DNA of 64,000 nucleotides from a virus (IMGVR_UViG_3300043104_000334), one strand, 5' to 3'; positions 1 to 9,855 are shown, counted from the stretch's first letter. The notes: generated by a model from the letters alone, not told the origin. Made by a program: numbers and translations.

Positions 1-14
1 AGATATACTTTTTC

Positions 15-55
15 TATCATTTATATATGTGGAATGTAACTGACCACTTTCAGAA
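15..55 (-). promoter_or_regulatory. Bipartite promoter-like motif, copy A (TTCTGAAA-N18-CATATATAAATGATA)
   Basis: Same two boxes and exact 18-nt spacer as four other copies; points toward a gene beyond the left edge. Confidence 0.7.
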
Positions 56-127
56 ATTTGGATTGATGATATCAGATAATTCTGAATATCATCAATGAAG
101 AGGTTTGGCGACCTCTCCATGTTGTAA

Positions 128-1201
128 CTATTTGTTGTATTTATCGAGTAATGGGTCTGCACCACCACTGTTTACTAAATCAGACATAGAAGCCTTTAAA
201 ATACGTTCTGTCTCTTCTGCTTTTGCAGCTTCATGTTTTCTTTTAGTATTTATTATAACTAAGAATAAAACTAAACCAACAATAACTGCAATAGCAATAA
301 TAAGATATTTAAGCACATCAGTAAATGATGTTGTATGCTTCATAATCTTAGCTGACGTATAAGAAAATACTTTTTCAAACATCTCATCAGTCGATAAGTT
401 TGAATACCAATACTTATCAATGTAAGCCCAGAATATATCTATAGCTTCATCATCCATAATGGAGTCAACCATCTTACCATTCACATAACACATATAGCCC
501 ACATCGGAATCCTGATTCTGTTCAGCAAAATAAACATACAAGAATGTATTCTCACTAAGACCAAGTGAGTCAAACAATTCTGTGGCATACTCCTCTTTTG
601 CATCATTTGATGTAAGCGATGAATCATATGACTTAAGATAGATGTAAGGTTGAATACCAGTATCTGTATAGAAGTCTTTAAGCTTCTTACCGGCTGAGTT
701 CACATTGTCGAACCAGCTCAACTCATCAACAATACAATTACTATCAAATGCTGAAACGTCTGTAAGCTTCTCTCTATTATGTGTGCTTGATGGTATGGTA
801 ATGGTTACGGTTTTAACAGCTGTACAAATAATAACCAATAAGATAATTACAAGAACACATCGACCAAGCGTTCTAAGAAGTTTAGAACTTAATCTTGGGT
901 CTGCATTAAAAACTCTCGGTTCATTATAATATCTTGAATGGCTATAATTTGTCCTACGTGGCGGTCTAGGCCCCGGTTCTCGGATTGAGTCATAATCTCT
1001 TCTTGGTGGTGGAGAACTATGTCTACTCCCACCGCCAGAGAACGAATTAAAACTATGACTCATACCAGAACCAGCCCTATGACTTCCACTAAAGCTACTT
1101 CCAGCTCTACTACTTGATACAGAATGTCCACCACTACTTCTAGACGATGAGTGGCCTCCTGACGAATGCATGCCACCACCGTCACCACAGGCTCTTCCCA
1201 T
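128..1201 (-). CDS. Membrane protein: Gly/Ser-rich N-terminus, TM helix, TPM-like extracytoplasmic domain, second TM
   Basis: Two hydrophobic segments; FYTDTGIQPYIY resembles TPM-domain proteins; directly downstream of pspA. Confidence 0.6.
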   Translation of the reverse strand: MGRACGDGGGMHSSGGHSSSRSSGGHSVSSSRAGSSFSGSHRAGSGMSHSFNSFSGGGSRHSSPPPRRDYDSIREPGPRPPRRTNYSHSRYYNEPRVFNADPRLSSKLLRTLGRCVLVIILLVIICTAVKTVTITIPSSTHNREKLTDVSAFDSNCIVDELSWFDNVNSAGKKLKDFYTDTGIQPYIYLKSYDSSLTSNDAKEEYATELFDSLGLSENTFLYVYFAEQNQDSDVGYMCYVNGKMVDSIMDDEAIDIFWAYIDKYWYSNLSTDEMFEKVFSYTSAKIMKHTTSFTDVLKYLIIAIAVIVGLVLFLVIINTKRKHEAAKAEETERILKASMSDLVNSGGADPLLDKYNK

Positions 1202-1205
1202 AAGG

Positions 1206-1889
1206 CTACTGGATTCCCATCTCAGCCTTAATACGTGCCAGTTTTTCAGCCACCGATTGGTCTGTTACAGCAACGTATTTGTTAGCGAGCGATTCTACAG
1301 AATCACCCATGAGCTCAGTCCGCGAAAGTTCGGCACGAGCAGAAGACTCGTCAAGCATCTTCTGCGCTTTACTCTCCATACGGCTGAATGTCTCAGCTGA
1401 ATTTGTCTTACCAATCTTAGCAGTCACATCTGTGACTCTGTCCTGAGCCTTAGCCATAGACACCTGCGCCTTGATTGTCTCACGTCGTCCATTAAGAATT
1501 GTGACATCTGACGTAAGCTTGTTATACATCTGCTGCATCTTGTCAGAATTAGCCTTAGCAACAGCATATGTGCTGTCAGCCGTAACTTTCTGGTTTACAA
1601 GCTCCTGCTTACGAGCAAGCAGTTTCTCTGCATCGCCCATATTACCTGCCTGGATAGCCTTACGAGCCGAGGAATCATACTTACTGATTTCACTGTCAAG
1701 CTCATCAACCCGCCTTTTAGCAGATTTTTCCTCCGCCATCACAGTTGCTGTTTCATTCTTTACCTCAGCTAACTCTTCATTAAGCTTTCTAAGTGTCTGG
1801 TCGATCATCTTTGACGGGTCCTCACACTTGTCCAACATAGCATTGATGTTAGCTTCCATAATGTCAGCAAACCTTGCAATAATACCCAT
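1206..1889 (-). CDS. pspA: PspA/IM30 family protein
   Basis: MGIIARFADIMEANINAMLDKCEDPSKMIDQ N-terminus, coiled coil, FSRMESK motif. Confidence 0.92.
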   Translation of the reverse strand: MGIIARFADIMEANINAMLDKCEDPSKMIDQTLRKLNEELAEVKNETATVMAEEKSAKRRVDELDSEISKYDSSARKAIQAGNMGDAEKLLARKQELVNQKVTADSTYAVAKANSDKMQQMYNKLTSDVTILNGRRETIKAQVSMAKAQDRVTDVTAKIGKTNSAETFSRMESKAQKMLDESSARAELSRTELMGDSVESLANKYVAVTDQSVAEKLARIKAEMGIQ

Positions 1890-1947
1890 GTATTTATCCT
1901 CCTTTAGGATATATTTTTATTTATGTAAAAACGTTTTACATACACAG

Positions 1948-2406
1948 TCAATCTGAAAGTGAACCCTTAATTACAAAGCAGTCTCCTGCATACTGTGCAA
2001 AGTCAACATACTTGCCAATAGGATATTCACTCTCGTTATAAGAACCAGTAGATACAACATACGTTATCATATCTACTTGAACAACTAGTGCCAACGGTGG
2101 CATTCCATTAAAGATAACACCTGAATCATCCAGATAACCGGTTATCTCACCAGTCATCCGTTTACCATATTTAATGATTCTTGCATTCTTTCCTGTTACT
2201 CTTGTTCCCTCCATAAAAGTCCATATTGCAGCTATGACAAATATGGCTCCAAAACATATTCCAAACATGGCAATAAATAATTCACCTGCTTTAATGCCAG
2301 CAATCGTAAATGTTATTCCAAATAGTAAACCAACTGCTAAGAACATTGCTCCGCATATAAAATACATTCTTAACCTCCAAAGTGTCTTAATACTCACATA
2401 GTCCAA
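1948..2406 (-). CDS. Two-TM membrane protein
   Basis: Two hydrophobic helices followed by a small beta-rich domain; true start may be the internal ATG (MYFICG). Confidence 0.6.
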   Translation of the reverse strand: MDYVSIKTLWRLRMYFICGAMFLAVGLLFGITFTIAGIKAGELFIAMFGICFGAIFVIAAIWTFMEGTRVTGKNARIIKYGKRMTGEITGYLDDSGVIFNGMPPLALVVQVDMITYVVSTGSYNESEYPIGKYVDFAQYAGDCFVIKGSLSD

Positions 2407-2454
2407 AGAATAAGCCCTATACTACGAACATTACGTAATATAGGGCTTGAGTTG

Positions 2455-3405
2455 TTATTTTAAGTAATTCATCATAGAGATTATATTACACTTAGACTCC
2501 TCTCCATTACCAAGCATAACAATAGTTGTGTTTGCATTGTAGGACACGAGACCTAAATAGTAACCTCCAGATTTAGCATAGAACATTCCGCCAGAGGAGT
2601 ACTCTTCTTCAATCTCCATCCCGGAAGCAGCATAAAGTCGTTCTAAGTAAATCTTCTTTGTTGTTGTTAGTGGTTCAAATACACTTGAAATCCACAGTAC
2701 GCCATCAGCAAACATATACTTCTGCTGTTCAAGGTTTACTTCCTGAAAAGTTACTTGACCAACATAGTTACCGATGTAAGACAATTTCTCCAGCTCTACG
2801 TAATTATCAGCATATGGTACCTCATCTATAGTATAGGACGCAACTCCACTACTTAATGAATCTCTTATAATAGAGTACACGTCATCACCATAATAAATGT
2901 TAGCAATAACTGCGTAGCTACCAACTAAAGTAGCAACGATTCTTTGTCCTTTCTTCTTTTCGTTTGTACAGATTGTAATCTGGTTAAGGGCCAAACCATT
3001 ATCAATCCCCGCAAGTGAAGAAAGATTATTTAAGGATGCATCAGATATAACTCTTATCATGTAAGAGCCATCAACAGCCCAAATCGTTTTACCATAGTCA
3101 TAGATATAGTCTTTGTCCGGAATTGTTACATCATAGTATACATCATCTTCAAGATGCAATGTTACTGTTTGCTTAGGCTGGTCTTCCACATCAACGTAAT
3201 TGATGTGTTTCTTGTACTCGATAGGTTTCCAATCCCACTGTGCCTCCGTATAAGTTTGACCATCATCAGTTGTGTAAATATACACAGACTGAGAGTTAAG
3301 AACTTCTTTACCAATGACACCGGTGTAAATAAGAACACCTACAACAATAGCAATTGTAACTACAACTGCTAAGATACATCCAATAACTTTGAGTACTCTT
3401 TTCAT
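2455..3405 (-). CDS. Membrane-anchored or exported hypothetical protein
   Basis: Basic N-terminus plus hydrophobic anchor; AAAGGA RBS. Confidence 0.7.
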   Translation of the reverse strand: MKRVLKVIGCILAVVVTIAIVVGVLIYTGVIGKEVLNSQSVYIYTTDDGQTYTEAQWDWKPIEYKKHINYVDVEDQPKQTVTLHLEDDVYYDVTIPDKDYIYDYGKTIWAVDGSYMIRVISDASLNNLSSLAGIDNGLALNQITICTNEKKKGQRIVATLVGSYAVIANIYYGDDVYSIIRDSLSSGVASYTIDEVPYADNYVELEKLSYIGNYVGQVTFQEVNLEQQKYMFADGVLWISSVFEPLTTTKKIYLERLYAASGMEIEEEYSSGGMFYAKSGGYYLGLVSYNANTTIVMLGNGEESKCNIISMMNYLK

Positions 3406-3449
3406 AACCGTTCCTTTCTATGCTAGGATAGCACTCGATTGGTTATGTT

Positions 3450-4732
3450 AAATACACGAGTTTAAACTTGCATATTTAATCAGTGGACTGCTACCCGCAA
3501 CTTTCCATCTTTACATTTGGGACTTGCTATAAGTCTCCGGTTGTATTACAATTTTTAAGTACTATAGATAGTAGCCCACCTACATTTTCAATATACACAC
3601 TAAACAGTGAGTATTTTGGAGGAAGGCTAGTGAAGGCATACCTGCACTAGCCCAAGGGTAACGACCAATGGTGAGTCCATGAATGTTTACCAGCATAACA
3701 CTCATAAACGAGTCATTGGGAGACTGACTGCAGATGCAGTCACTCGAATGCAGTTGTTAAGACAACCACACTCACGGTTGGGTCATGTGACTAACCCAAC
3801 CACACAATCAAATAATAAATCCGGGGGTATGCCTCCCCAGTAGCAAGGAATGCAGTTGTTAAGACAACTACACTCACGGTCGGGCGAGTACTTTTGAGAC
3901 CCAACCGTTACGAGGTTTATGTCGATTACACTAGAGGTGCATTCGATTAAGATACACCATTAAAATGATGCACCTTGCCAGAAAAAATTGGCAGGTTCTT
4001 TCCAGCATTTGGGACAGGAGACCGCCCAAAAGAAAGGAATTGTGTTATGAAGTGACAATTTAATAACCGTCACTTCGGTAGACCAATGTTTGGGTTGGGG
4101 GTAGGTCTACCTTTCGCAAGAAAGTTGAACATGTATGCTCTAAAGCATACATATTTGTGGTAGATTTAAAAGACCTACCACGAGAGGAGTTACAGTACAC
4201 ACACTTAAAAGTATGCGTACTTGGGCGACCAACACTTGGGAGGTGTAATTGGTCGTCCATCTTTTAAGAGGATTTAGAGTAGCCTGTTTAAAAACAAACT
4301 AGTCTAGACCAGCTTAGTGTGGAGTGCTAAACCAGCCCAGTTAAAGGAGTCACCTTTAGATAAGGAAATAATGAAACAATAGGCATTGTTAAAACAACAC
4401 CCATCACTACACGCAGTTTCCCAGCTACGTGCAGTTTGCCTGATAAGATTGAGACCTACCACCCGGCATATTAAGATACGCCGGATGTGACTTGATGGGT
4501 GTAAGCTGCTAGCAAACCACCAAGTCATAAGAAAGGAAGATGATTCTAAGCCTAATAAGATAAAAGAGCTTGAGCGAAAATTCTTACTAAGCTTAGAGAC
4601 CCCATAAGCTTGATAAGAGAAAGAGGGAAATGGACAAACACTCACCAAGCTTTAATCATACGAACTAAAGTCAGCATGATTATTGGTGTCACATCACCGC
4701 GACACCAATCTGATTATACGTCACCATATTTC
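3450..4732 (-). ncRNA. Candidate long structured ncRNA: array of more than 20 adjacent hairpins, many with UNUUAA loops
   Basis: No credible CDS; dense inverted repeats; most stem mismatches are A-C on + and so G-U on -; sigmaA-like promoter upstream; ends approximate. Confidence 0.6.
3746..3906. repeat. Direct duplication of a two-hairpin module (3746-3801 and 3848-3906)
   Basis: gaatgcagttgttaagacaac[c/t]acactcacggt[t/c]ggg...acccaacc occurs twice. Confidence 0.9.
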
Positions 4733-4738
4733 AGGTCC

Positions 4739-4768
4739 ATAGTAACTATCACGATATTAAATTGTCAA
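4739..4768 (-). promoter_or_regulatory. SigmaA-like promoter TTGACA-N18-TACTAT facing the hairpin array
   Basis: Perfect -35 at 4763-4768, near-consensus -10 at 4739-4744. Confidence 0.55.
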
Positions 4769-4778
4769 TATTAAGTTA

Positions 4779-5150
4779 TCAAAGTTCTCCACAGTAGCAA
4801 CCATTATCTATAAGGTGTGCGAGGACTGTACGATGACATCCCGTACGCTCGTAGCACAATAGTACTACTGTATCCTTACCGTGTGTTTCAGCCAGCTCCT
4901 CAATCTCAGCCATTATAAGGTCTGGGTCAACTTCCCTAATGATTGATTCCCGATAAGCGGTACTGAACATATTATAGTCGATAAGACCATTCTTATATGC
5001 ATTTATATCCGACCATTTAGGAAATACACACTTGGATAAGGTTACCAATTCTTTATCAAACCACTTTGGTGCGGTATTGCTAACTCTAATAAGCAATGCG
5101 TCTAATGGGGCTTTACTCACTCTCGCATAATAGGAAGTGTACATTTTCAT
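4779..5150 (-). CDS. DUF488-like protein
   Basis: MYTSYY N-terminus; LLCYE..CHR motif. Confidence 0.7.
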   Translation of the reverse strand: MKMYTSYYARVSKAPLDALLIRVSNTAPKWFDKELVTLSKCVFPKWSDINAYKNGLIDYNMFSTAYRESIIREVDPDLIMAEIEELAETHGKDTVVLLCYERTGCHRTVLAHLIDNGCYCGEL

Positions 5151-5154
5151 TTGT

Positions 5155-6342
5155 TTAATCCTCTACAACATCGCTCTCTGCCATAAGCATTTCCAATGAC
5201 TTGGCTGCTACACCAGATTGATTATCATTAGCGTTTATCTCTCGTTCTTCCAGCATTTCGCTCATAAGACTTAAGTCCTCCAACTGGACTTTATCCGGAT
5301 AAGACCGCTCTGGTTTCGTAAAGATTTCATTTGATTTGCTACACCATTTCAGGAAGTATCCTGAAACAGTGTTTCTTGTTAATCTACCATGGGTAGTACA
5401 ATCAATCGCAAACCCAAGTAAATTGTTTATCCCGTTATTCGCTACTATCGCCCTCAGATGTAATACTGCATCCGGTGATAACAACGTACTCTGCCCATTC
5501 TCTGCGACTCGCAGGAGTTCTAACAGCGTACTTTGGAACGTAGAGGACATATCCATATCAGATATAAACTCAAGTCCGAGTAAGATATCTCCAGTATAAA
5601 GATATCCTACCAAAGTTAACAACTGCTTTCCCTCATAAACATTGAAGAACGTCTCCAGTTCGTCAACTGTTACCGTAGAGCCCTCCTCGAAGCTATCGAG
5701 TAGGTTTATCGCGCGTCTTGGCTCCCTCCCCGTATATCCACTTATAAGCGTGTATACCGTAGGAAGTGGTAATTCGAAACGTAATTTGTTCTCTTCAATT
5801 CTCCGTTTGAGAAAATTCCGCATCTCAGTATTAGACAGTGTCTTCAATCTTCTCAAGACGCATCGGGATAGGAACGCGTCTCTGAAAGACTCTAGCTCCG
5901 TAGAGCATACGATAATGTAAACCTGCAACTGCAAGCTTTCGAATGTGGTAAGTAATGAGTCTTGTGCTTCATCAGACATCCCGTGCGCTTCGTCCATAAT
6001 GACTACCTTGCGCCCAGTAGAACTAAATCCTACCGTCAAATCTGATTTCACTTCCGTCACAGCTTCCTGAGACTTAAGGTTGGACATATTATACAACCGA
6101 ACCGCGTCAGTGCTCTTTGATTCATCTATGACCCTCTGTTTGGCATCATCCAATTTTTCTGGATTGTTCATGTAAGCTATCTCACATGCAACAATCTTGG
6201 CAATAGATGTCTTACCTATTCCTGCCGGTCCCTGAAGCATAATTACCTGTGGCATCTTATCTCTTTCGATACAAGATGAAAACCACTTCACAATATTCTG
6301 TTGACCAATAACTTGGCTCAACTCCTTAAGCTTTTCAGCCAT
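5155..6342 (-). CDS. DnaX (Pol III gamma/tau)-like AAA+ clamp loader subunit
   Basis: Walker A GPAGIGKTS, Walker B VVIMDEAH, AQDSLL..FE, SRC motif, R.AINLLD sensor 2. Confidence 0.85.
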   Translation of the reverse strand: MAEKLKELSQVIGQQNIVKWFSSCIERDKMPQVIMLQGPAGIGKTSIAKIVACEIAYMNNPEKLDDAKQRVIDESKSTDAVRLYNMSNLKSQEAVTEVKSDLTVGFSSTGRKVVIMDEAHGMSDEAQDSLLTTFESLQLQVYIIVCSTELESFRDAFLSRCVLRRLKTLSNTEMRNFLKRRIEENKLRFELPLPTVYTLISGYTGREPRRAINLLDSFEEGSTVTVDELETFFNVYEGKQLLTLVGYLYTGDILLGLEFISDMDMSSTFQSTLLELLRVAENGQSTLLSPDAVLHLRAIVANNGINNLLGFAIDCTTHGRLTRNTVSGYFLKWCSKSNEIFTKPERSYPDKVQLEDLSLMSEMLEEREINANDNQSGVAAKSLEMLMAESDVVED

Positions 6343-6374
6343 ACGTAATCACCTAACACATTCGTAATAATTTG

Positions 6375-6760
6375 ATAGCACTCTTACTATCTCGATCATA
6401 AAGTGAGCACAGGTAAGGTGCACATATGCACCCTCTACCCACGCTCTTACATTATAGCGCAATACCGTGCGCAAAGCCCATGATAGCACACATTGCCCGG
6501 TTAACCCGGCGTCAACTCTATCATTTCACCATTAGGCTGGCACCTCTCGTCCAGTCTATAACGTAATGGGCTATTCAATACCGCTTTATGTATAAGCAGA
6601 GTCACGTTAAGCGATTAAGTTTACTCCGCAATAATAAGCGGCGGGCATCGCTCGTCCGCCTTACATTCATAATATATTCCGTGCACAGAATATTACTTTG
6701 CATAAATCCGCTGACGGACATTACTCATCCGCCAGCGAGATATTAGCCGGTTTGATCCGA
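6375..6760 (-). ncRNA. Structured intergenic region (candidate ncRNA or structured UTR)
   Basis: Several GC-rich hairpins and a nested AGCCCAT/ATGGGCT stem in a 420-bp ORF-free gap. Confidence 0.35.
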
Positions 6761-6763
6761 AAT

Positions 6764-8725
6764 TTACTCTAATTCATCAGCGCTCTGCGCGGCATCTGCC
6801 TCAGCCTGCTTGTTAGCAGCCTCCTGAAGAAGCTTGATGGTTGAAGAACCTTCAACGAACTCCTTGGACAGCTTAAGGTTGCCGTCATACACGTTTGCGA
6901 ATACTTCCAGAATCGGAGAGCTTGCGATATCAGCGATATTACCGAAGTTGCCCTTCTGCTTCTCAACAGACATAGCAACGCCCCAACGGGATGCGGTAAC
7001 AGCGATGGACTCATCCGCTTCCTTGTACTCAGCTGCAAATTCTCTCTTGATCTTCGTTACCGGAACAGAAACAGAGATGGATGCGATTCTCTTCTTGAAC
7101 TTCGGATTGCCGTCTTTGTCAACGGTATCGGTCACTTCTCTCTTGCCGTCCTTGATCTTGTAGGTAGCAACGGTAGCATTCATCAACTCGCCCTCAACAG
7201 TGATGGCAGCCTTAAATGCAGCCCTGCCCTCCTGCTCGGTATCTTCCTGCGTGAACAGGAACTGGATGTGGGAACCACCGGCGGTGAACTCTTTCTTGTT
7301 TACCGGACGTACGCACGGAACCTGCTTCTTCTGAACAGTCTGCTGTGTGGTCGGTGCATCTGCTTTCTTGGCTTCTGTCTTTGATGTGATACCAATCTTG
7401 AAGTAAGTCGGCTTGTCACCGATGTCGTTACCCTGCTCATCCATAGAGCCCTCAGCGTAAAGAACGCCGACGCCGTTGTCACATACCTGAATGATGAATT
7501 CATCGACTGTAAGCGGATTTCCATCAACCACATAACCGCGTGTCGGATAGCTTACCTTGTCGTCTCCCGGGATATAAGCCGGAACTTCGCCGAGCGGGTT
7601 CTGCTTGATCTGCTTGCAGAGCTCGTAGATTGCACGTGCCTTCTTGATGTTTACTTCATTGTCATCACAAACGTTTGCCCACTTGCCGCCGGGTTCATTG
7701 TTGTCCGGAAGCGCCTCGAAAGCATCCTGTGACAGGTTGTCCTGACCAGATACAAGAACGATAAAATGATTGATCTTCTCATTGATCTTTTCCAGTGCTT
7801 TGTCCGGATCATCAACACCCGGAACTACGGTACCCATGTTTGTCTTTGTACGCAGAGCCGCCGGCTTCTGAGTAGATACGAGTCCCGTTACAACATGCTG
7901 GCGAGTCCAAGCATTTCTTGTCTGCAGAGTTCCCTGCACAACACTTGCCGCCGCAGCCTTAGCCGCCTTGTCAGCCTTCTTTACTGAATCGGTATTTGAT
8001 TTCTTGTGCTGAACCTCACCCGGGTTCGCTTCTGTAACCTGAGTTCCTGCTGTCTCTGCAGCCTTAAGCAGTTCGGTAACAGTTTCTTCCATTTTAGTGT
8101 CCTCCTTAATAGACATTTTATTTTGTTTAAATAAAGGTTCCGCTTCTTTCTCCTGAACATTCCCTGATGGCATGTCACTACTCGTTTCGGTCTCAATCTC
8201 CTCGTGAGACTCCTGTGAAGAAACACTGTCGGTAAGCGTCTGTTCTCCCTGCTGAGTCTGCTCAGACTCACTCGGTGCTACATCGCTGACGTTCTTCTCA
8301 GTAGAAGCACTCGGACCATTCTGAAGTTCTTCTGATGCCTGAGAAACTTCGCCAGTGCCTTCATTCTTACCGAATACAACCTGTAGTTCTGCCTGCTCAA
8401 TTGATTTCTGCGCAGCCGTTATTTCATCATAAACTTTGAATACAATTTCCCATTTAAGGTAATCCTTGTATTCCGGAAAAACACTTCTTAAGTGTTTCGC
8501 CAGAGGTCCAACGTTTCCGTCGTAAGCCTCAATTAACTCCATGCGCCTGTCTTTTTCACGTTTGTTTTCACGTCCAAGTTCATCTGGATATTCAACAACC
8601 CGGATAGGAGCATCCTCCATCCATTGCTCAACGGCAGGTGCATTCGCGATTTCGTCGCTAACCTTGAAAAGGTTTTTGAATGCAGAACACATTACTTTAA
8701 GTTCTGCGTTAGAATACTTACTCAT
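6764..8725 (-). CDS. Large hypothetical protein with acidic linker and probable internal in-frame start at 8092
   Basis: GGAGGT RBS before ATG 8725; second AAGGAGG RBS 8 nt before in-frame ATG 8092; C-terminal part has GC-richer, biased codons. Confidence 0.8.
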   Translation of the reverse strand: MSKYSNAELKVMCSAFKNLFKVSDEIANAPAVEQWMEDAPIRVVEYPDELGRENKREKDRRMELIEAYDGNVGPLAKHLRSVFPEYKDYLKWEIVFKVYDEITAAQKSIEQAELQVVFGKNEGTGEVSQASEELQNGPSASTEKNVSDVAPSESEQTQQGEQTLTDSVSSQESHEEIETETSSDMPSGNVQEKEAEPLFKQNKMSIKEDTKMEETVTELLKAAETAGTQVTEANPGEVQHKKSNTDSVKKADKAAKAAAASVVQGTLQTRNAWTRQHVVTGLVSTQKPAALRTKTNMGTVVPGVDDPDKALEKINEKINHFIVLVSGQDNLSQDAFEALPDNNEPGGKWANVCDDNEVNIKKARAIYELCKQIKQNPLGEVPAYIPGDDKVSYPTRGYVVDGNPLTVDEFIIQVCDNGVGVLYAEGSMDEQGNDIGDKPTYFKIGITSKTEAKKADAPTTQQTVQKKQVPCVRPVNKKEFTAGGSHIQFLFTQEDTEQEGRAAFKAAITVEGELMNATVATYKIKDGKREVTDTVDKDGNPKFKKRIASISVSVPVTKIKREFAAEYKEADESIAVTASRWGVAMSVEKQKGNFGNIADIASSPILEVFANVYDGNLKLSKEFVEGSSTIKLLQEAANKQAEADAAQSADELE

Positions 8726-9315
8726 TAAGATAACCTCCAATCAATATTTATTTTTTCGGTAGCAACTTTGTTACTTGACCGTGACTGAAGATAAATACAT
8801 ATCTTGTAAATAAGTGTATTCCATTCTGAAAGATTGGATAAGTCAACGAGACCAAACTCTGTGTCTACGTCTCCGCTCATACCATAATAGAGTCTTGTAG
8901 CAGCTTTCAAACTATTGTGACAATGATTTACTTGTTCACTGCCCAATGCGATATACTCACTAACTACATCACCAATCGATGTAACTTTACCACTGTCGAA
9001 ATGAGGTAATATTAGCGTAGCGTCCTTACCTACATTTGAACTGCAAGCAAGCTCGCTATATAACGCCCAACTAGATTCGTACATGAAATATCTTATACAT
9101 ACATCTTCATTGTCAGACTTCAACATCTTCTCATAGTTAAGTGGGTTCCTATGTTGCAACAATGTTTTATGCTCTCGCACGAAACACAGCCACTCAGTAT
9201 AGGGTATGATTATGATTACATTATTCTGACCTCTCCATGGAAACTGAATATTCTTACCCATTAAGACACTGGCTAGGTTATTTCGACTTGCATTCACAAT
9301 CTCCATAACAACCAC
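8725..9315 (-). CDS. Hypothetical protein
   Basis: ORF in operon orientation, just downstream of promoter motif copy E. Confidence 0.65.
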   Translation of the reverse strand: MVVMEIVNASRNNLASVLMGKNIQFPWRGQNNVIIIIPYTEWLCFVREHKTLLQHRNPLNYEKMLKSDNEDVCIRYFMYESSWALYSELACSSNVGKDATLILPHFDSGKVTSIGDVVSEYIALGSEQVNHCHNSLKAATRLYYGMSGDVDTEFGLVDLSNLSEWNTLIYKICIYLQSRSSNKVATEKINIDWRLS

Positions 9316-9360
9316 CAGACAAACTGTTTTAAAATTTAACAGTTTCTTTCTTTTTCTTTC

Positions 9361-9401
9361 TTACACTTAAATATGCGATAAATTGTCAGTATCTTTCAGA
9401 C
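9361..9401 (-). promoter_or_regulatory. Bipartite promoter-like motif, copy E (GTCTGAAA-N18-CATATTTAAGTGTAA)
   Basis: Same 18-nt spacing; more diverged boxes. Confidence 0.55.
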
Positions 9402-9435
9402 ACATAAAAATTTTTTGTAAAGAACTTTTATGTTA

Positions 9436-9855
9436 TCAGTCATCACGGAGACTCTCCGGGTCGAGCGTGTTGTAAATCTCCTGATGTGCATCAAGGTAGA
9501 TTGCAACATCATTCAACATCACTTCGTACTCTGGAACAACATCATCCGGCGTATCAAGCGGTTGAACATAAGTATTGTATAACCTGTGAACCATTTTTCG
9601 TATTTCAGCCTGACGGAATCCCTTAGCACGAAGAATGTCAACAAGTTGGCCAACCGGATTGAGAGTAGTCTTAACGGTATTCTGAATTATAGCATCAACA
9701 GCCATAGAAGATTCAGGTAGCGATAGTGCAGATAGCTTAAACTGTTCTGACTCCATCAAATGCTTGATGCTACTCTGTGCACGCTCAATAGCCAAGCGTT
9801 CACGTTCAGTAGCAACAGCTTCTCTTTTCTTCTTGTACTTATCTGATAATGACAC
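9436..9855 (-). CDS. Hypothetical protein
   Basis: Strong AAGGAGGT RBS. Confidence 0.7.
   Translation of the reverse strand: MSLSDKYKKKREAVATERERLAIERAQSSIKHLMESEQFKLSALSLPESSMAVDAIIQNTVKTTLNPVGQLVDILRAKGFRQAEIRKMVHRLYNTYVQPLDTPDDVVPEYEVMLNDVAIYLDAHQEIYNTLDPESLRDD

Noticed and set aside
3746-3906. CRISPR array
   Set aside because: Only two repeat copies, no regular repeat-spacer period and no cas genes in the window.
4060-4648. ORFs 4060-4260 and 4304-4648 as genes
   Set aside because: No convincing RBS and atypical composition; they lie within the hairpin array.
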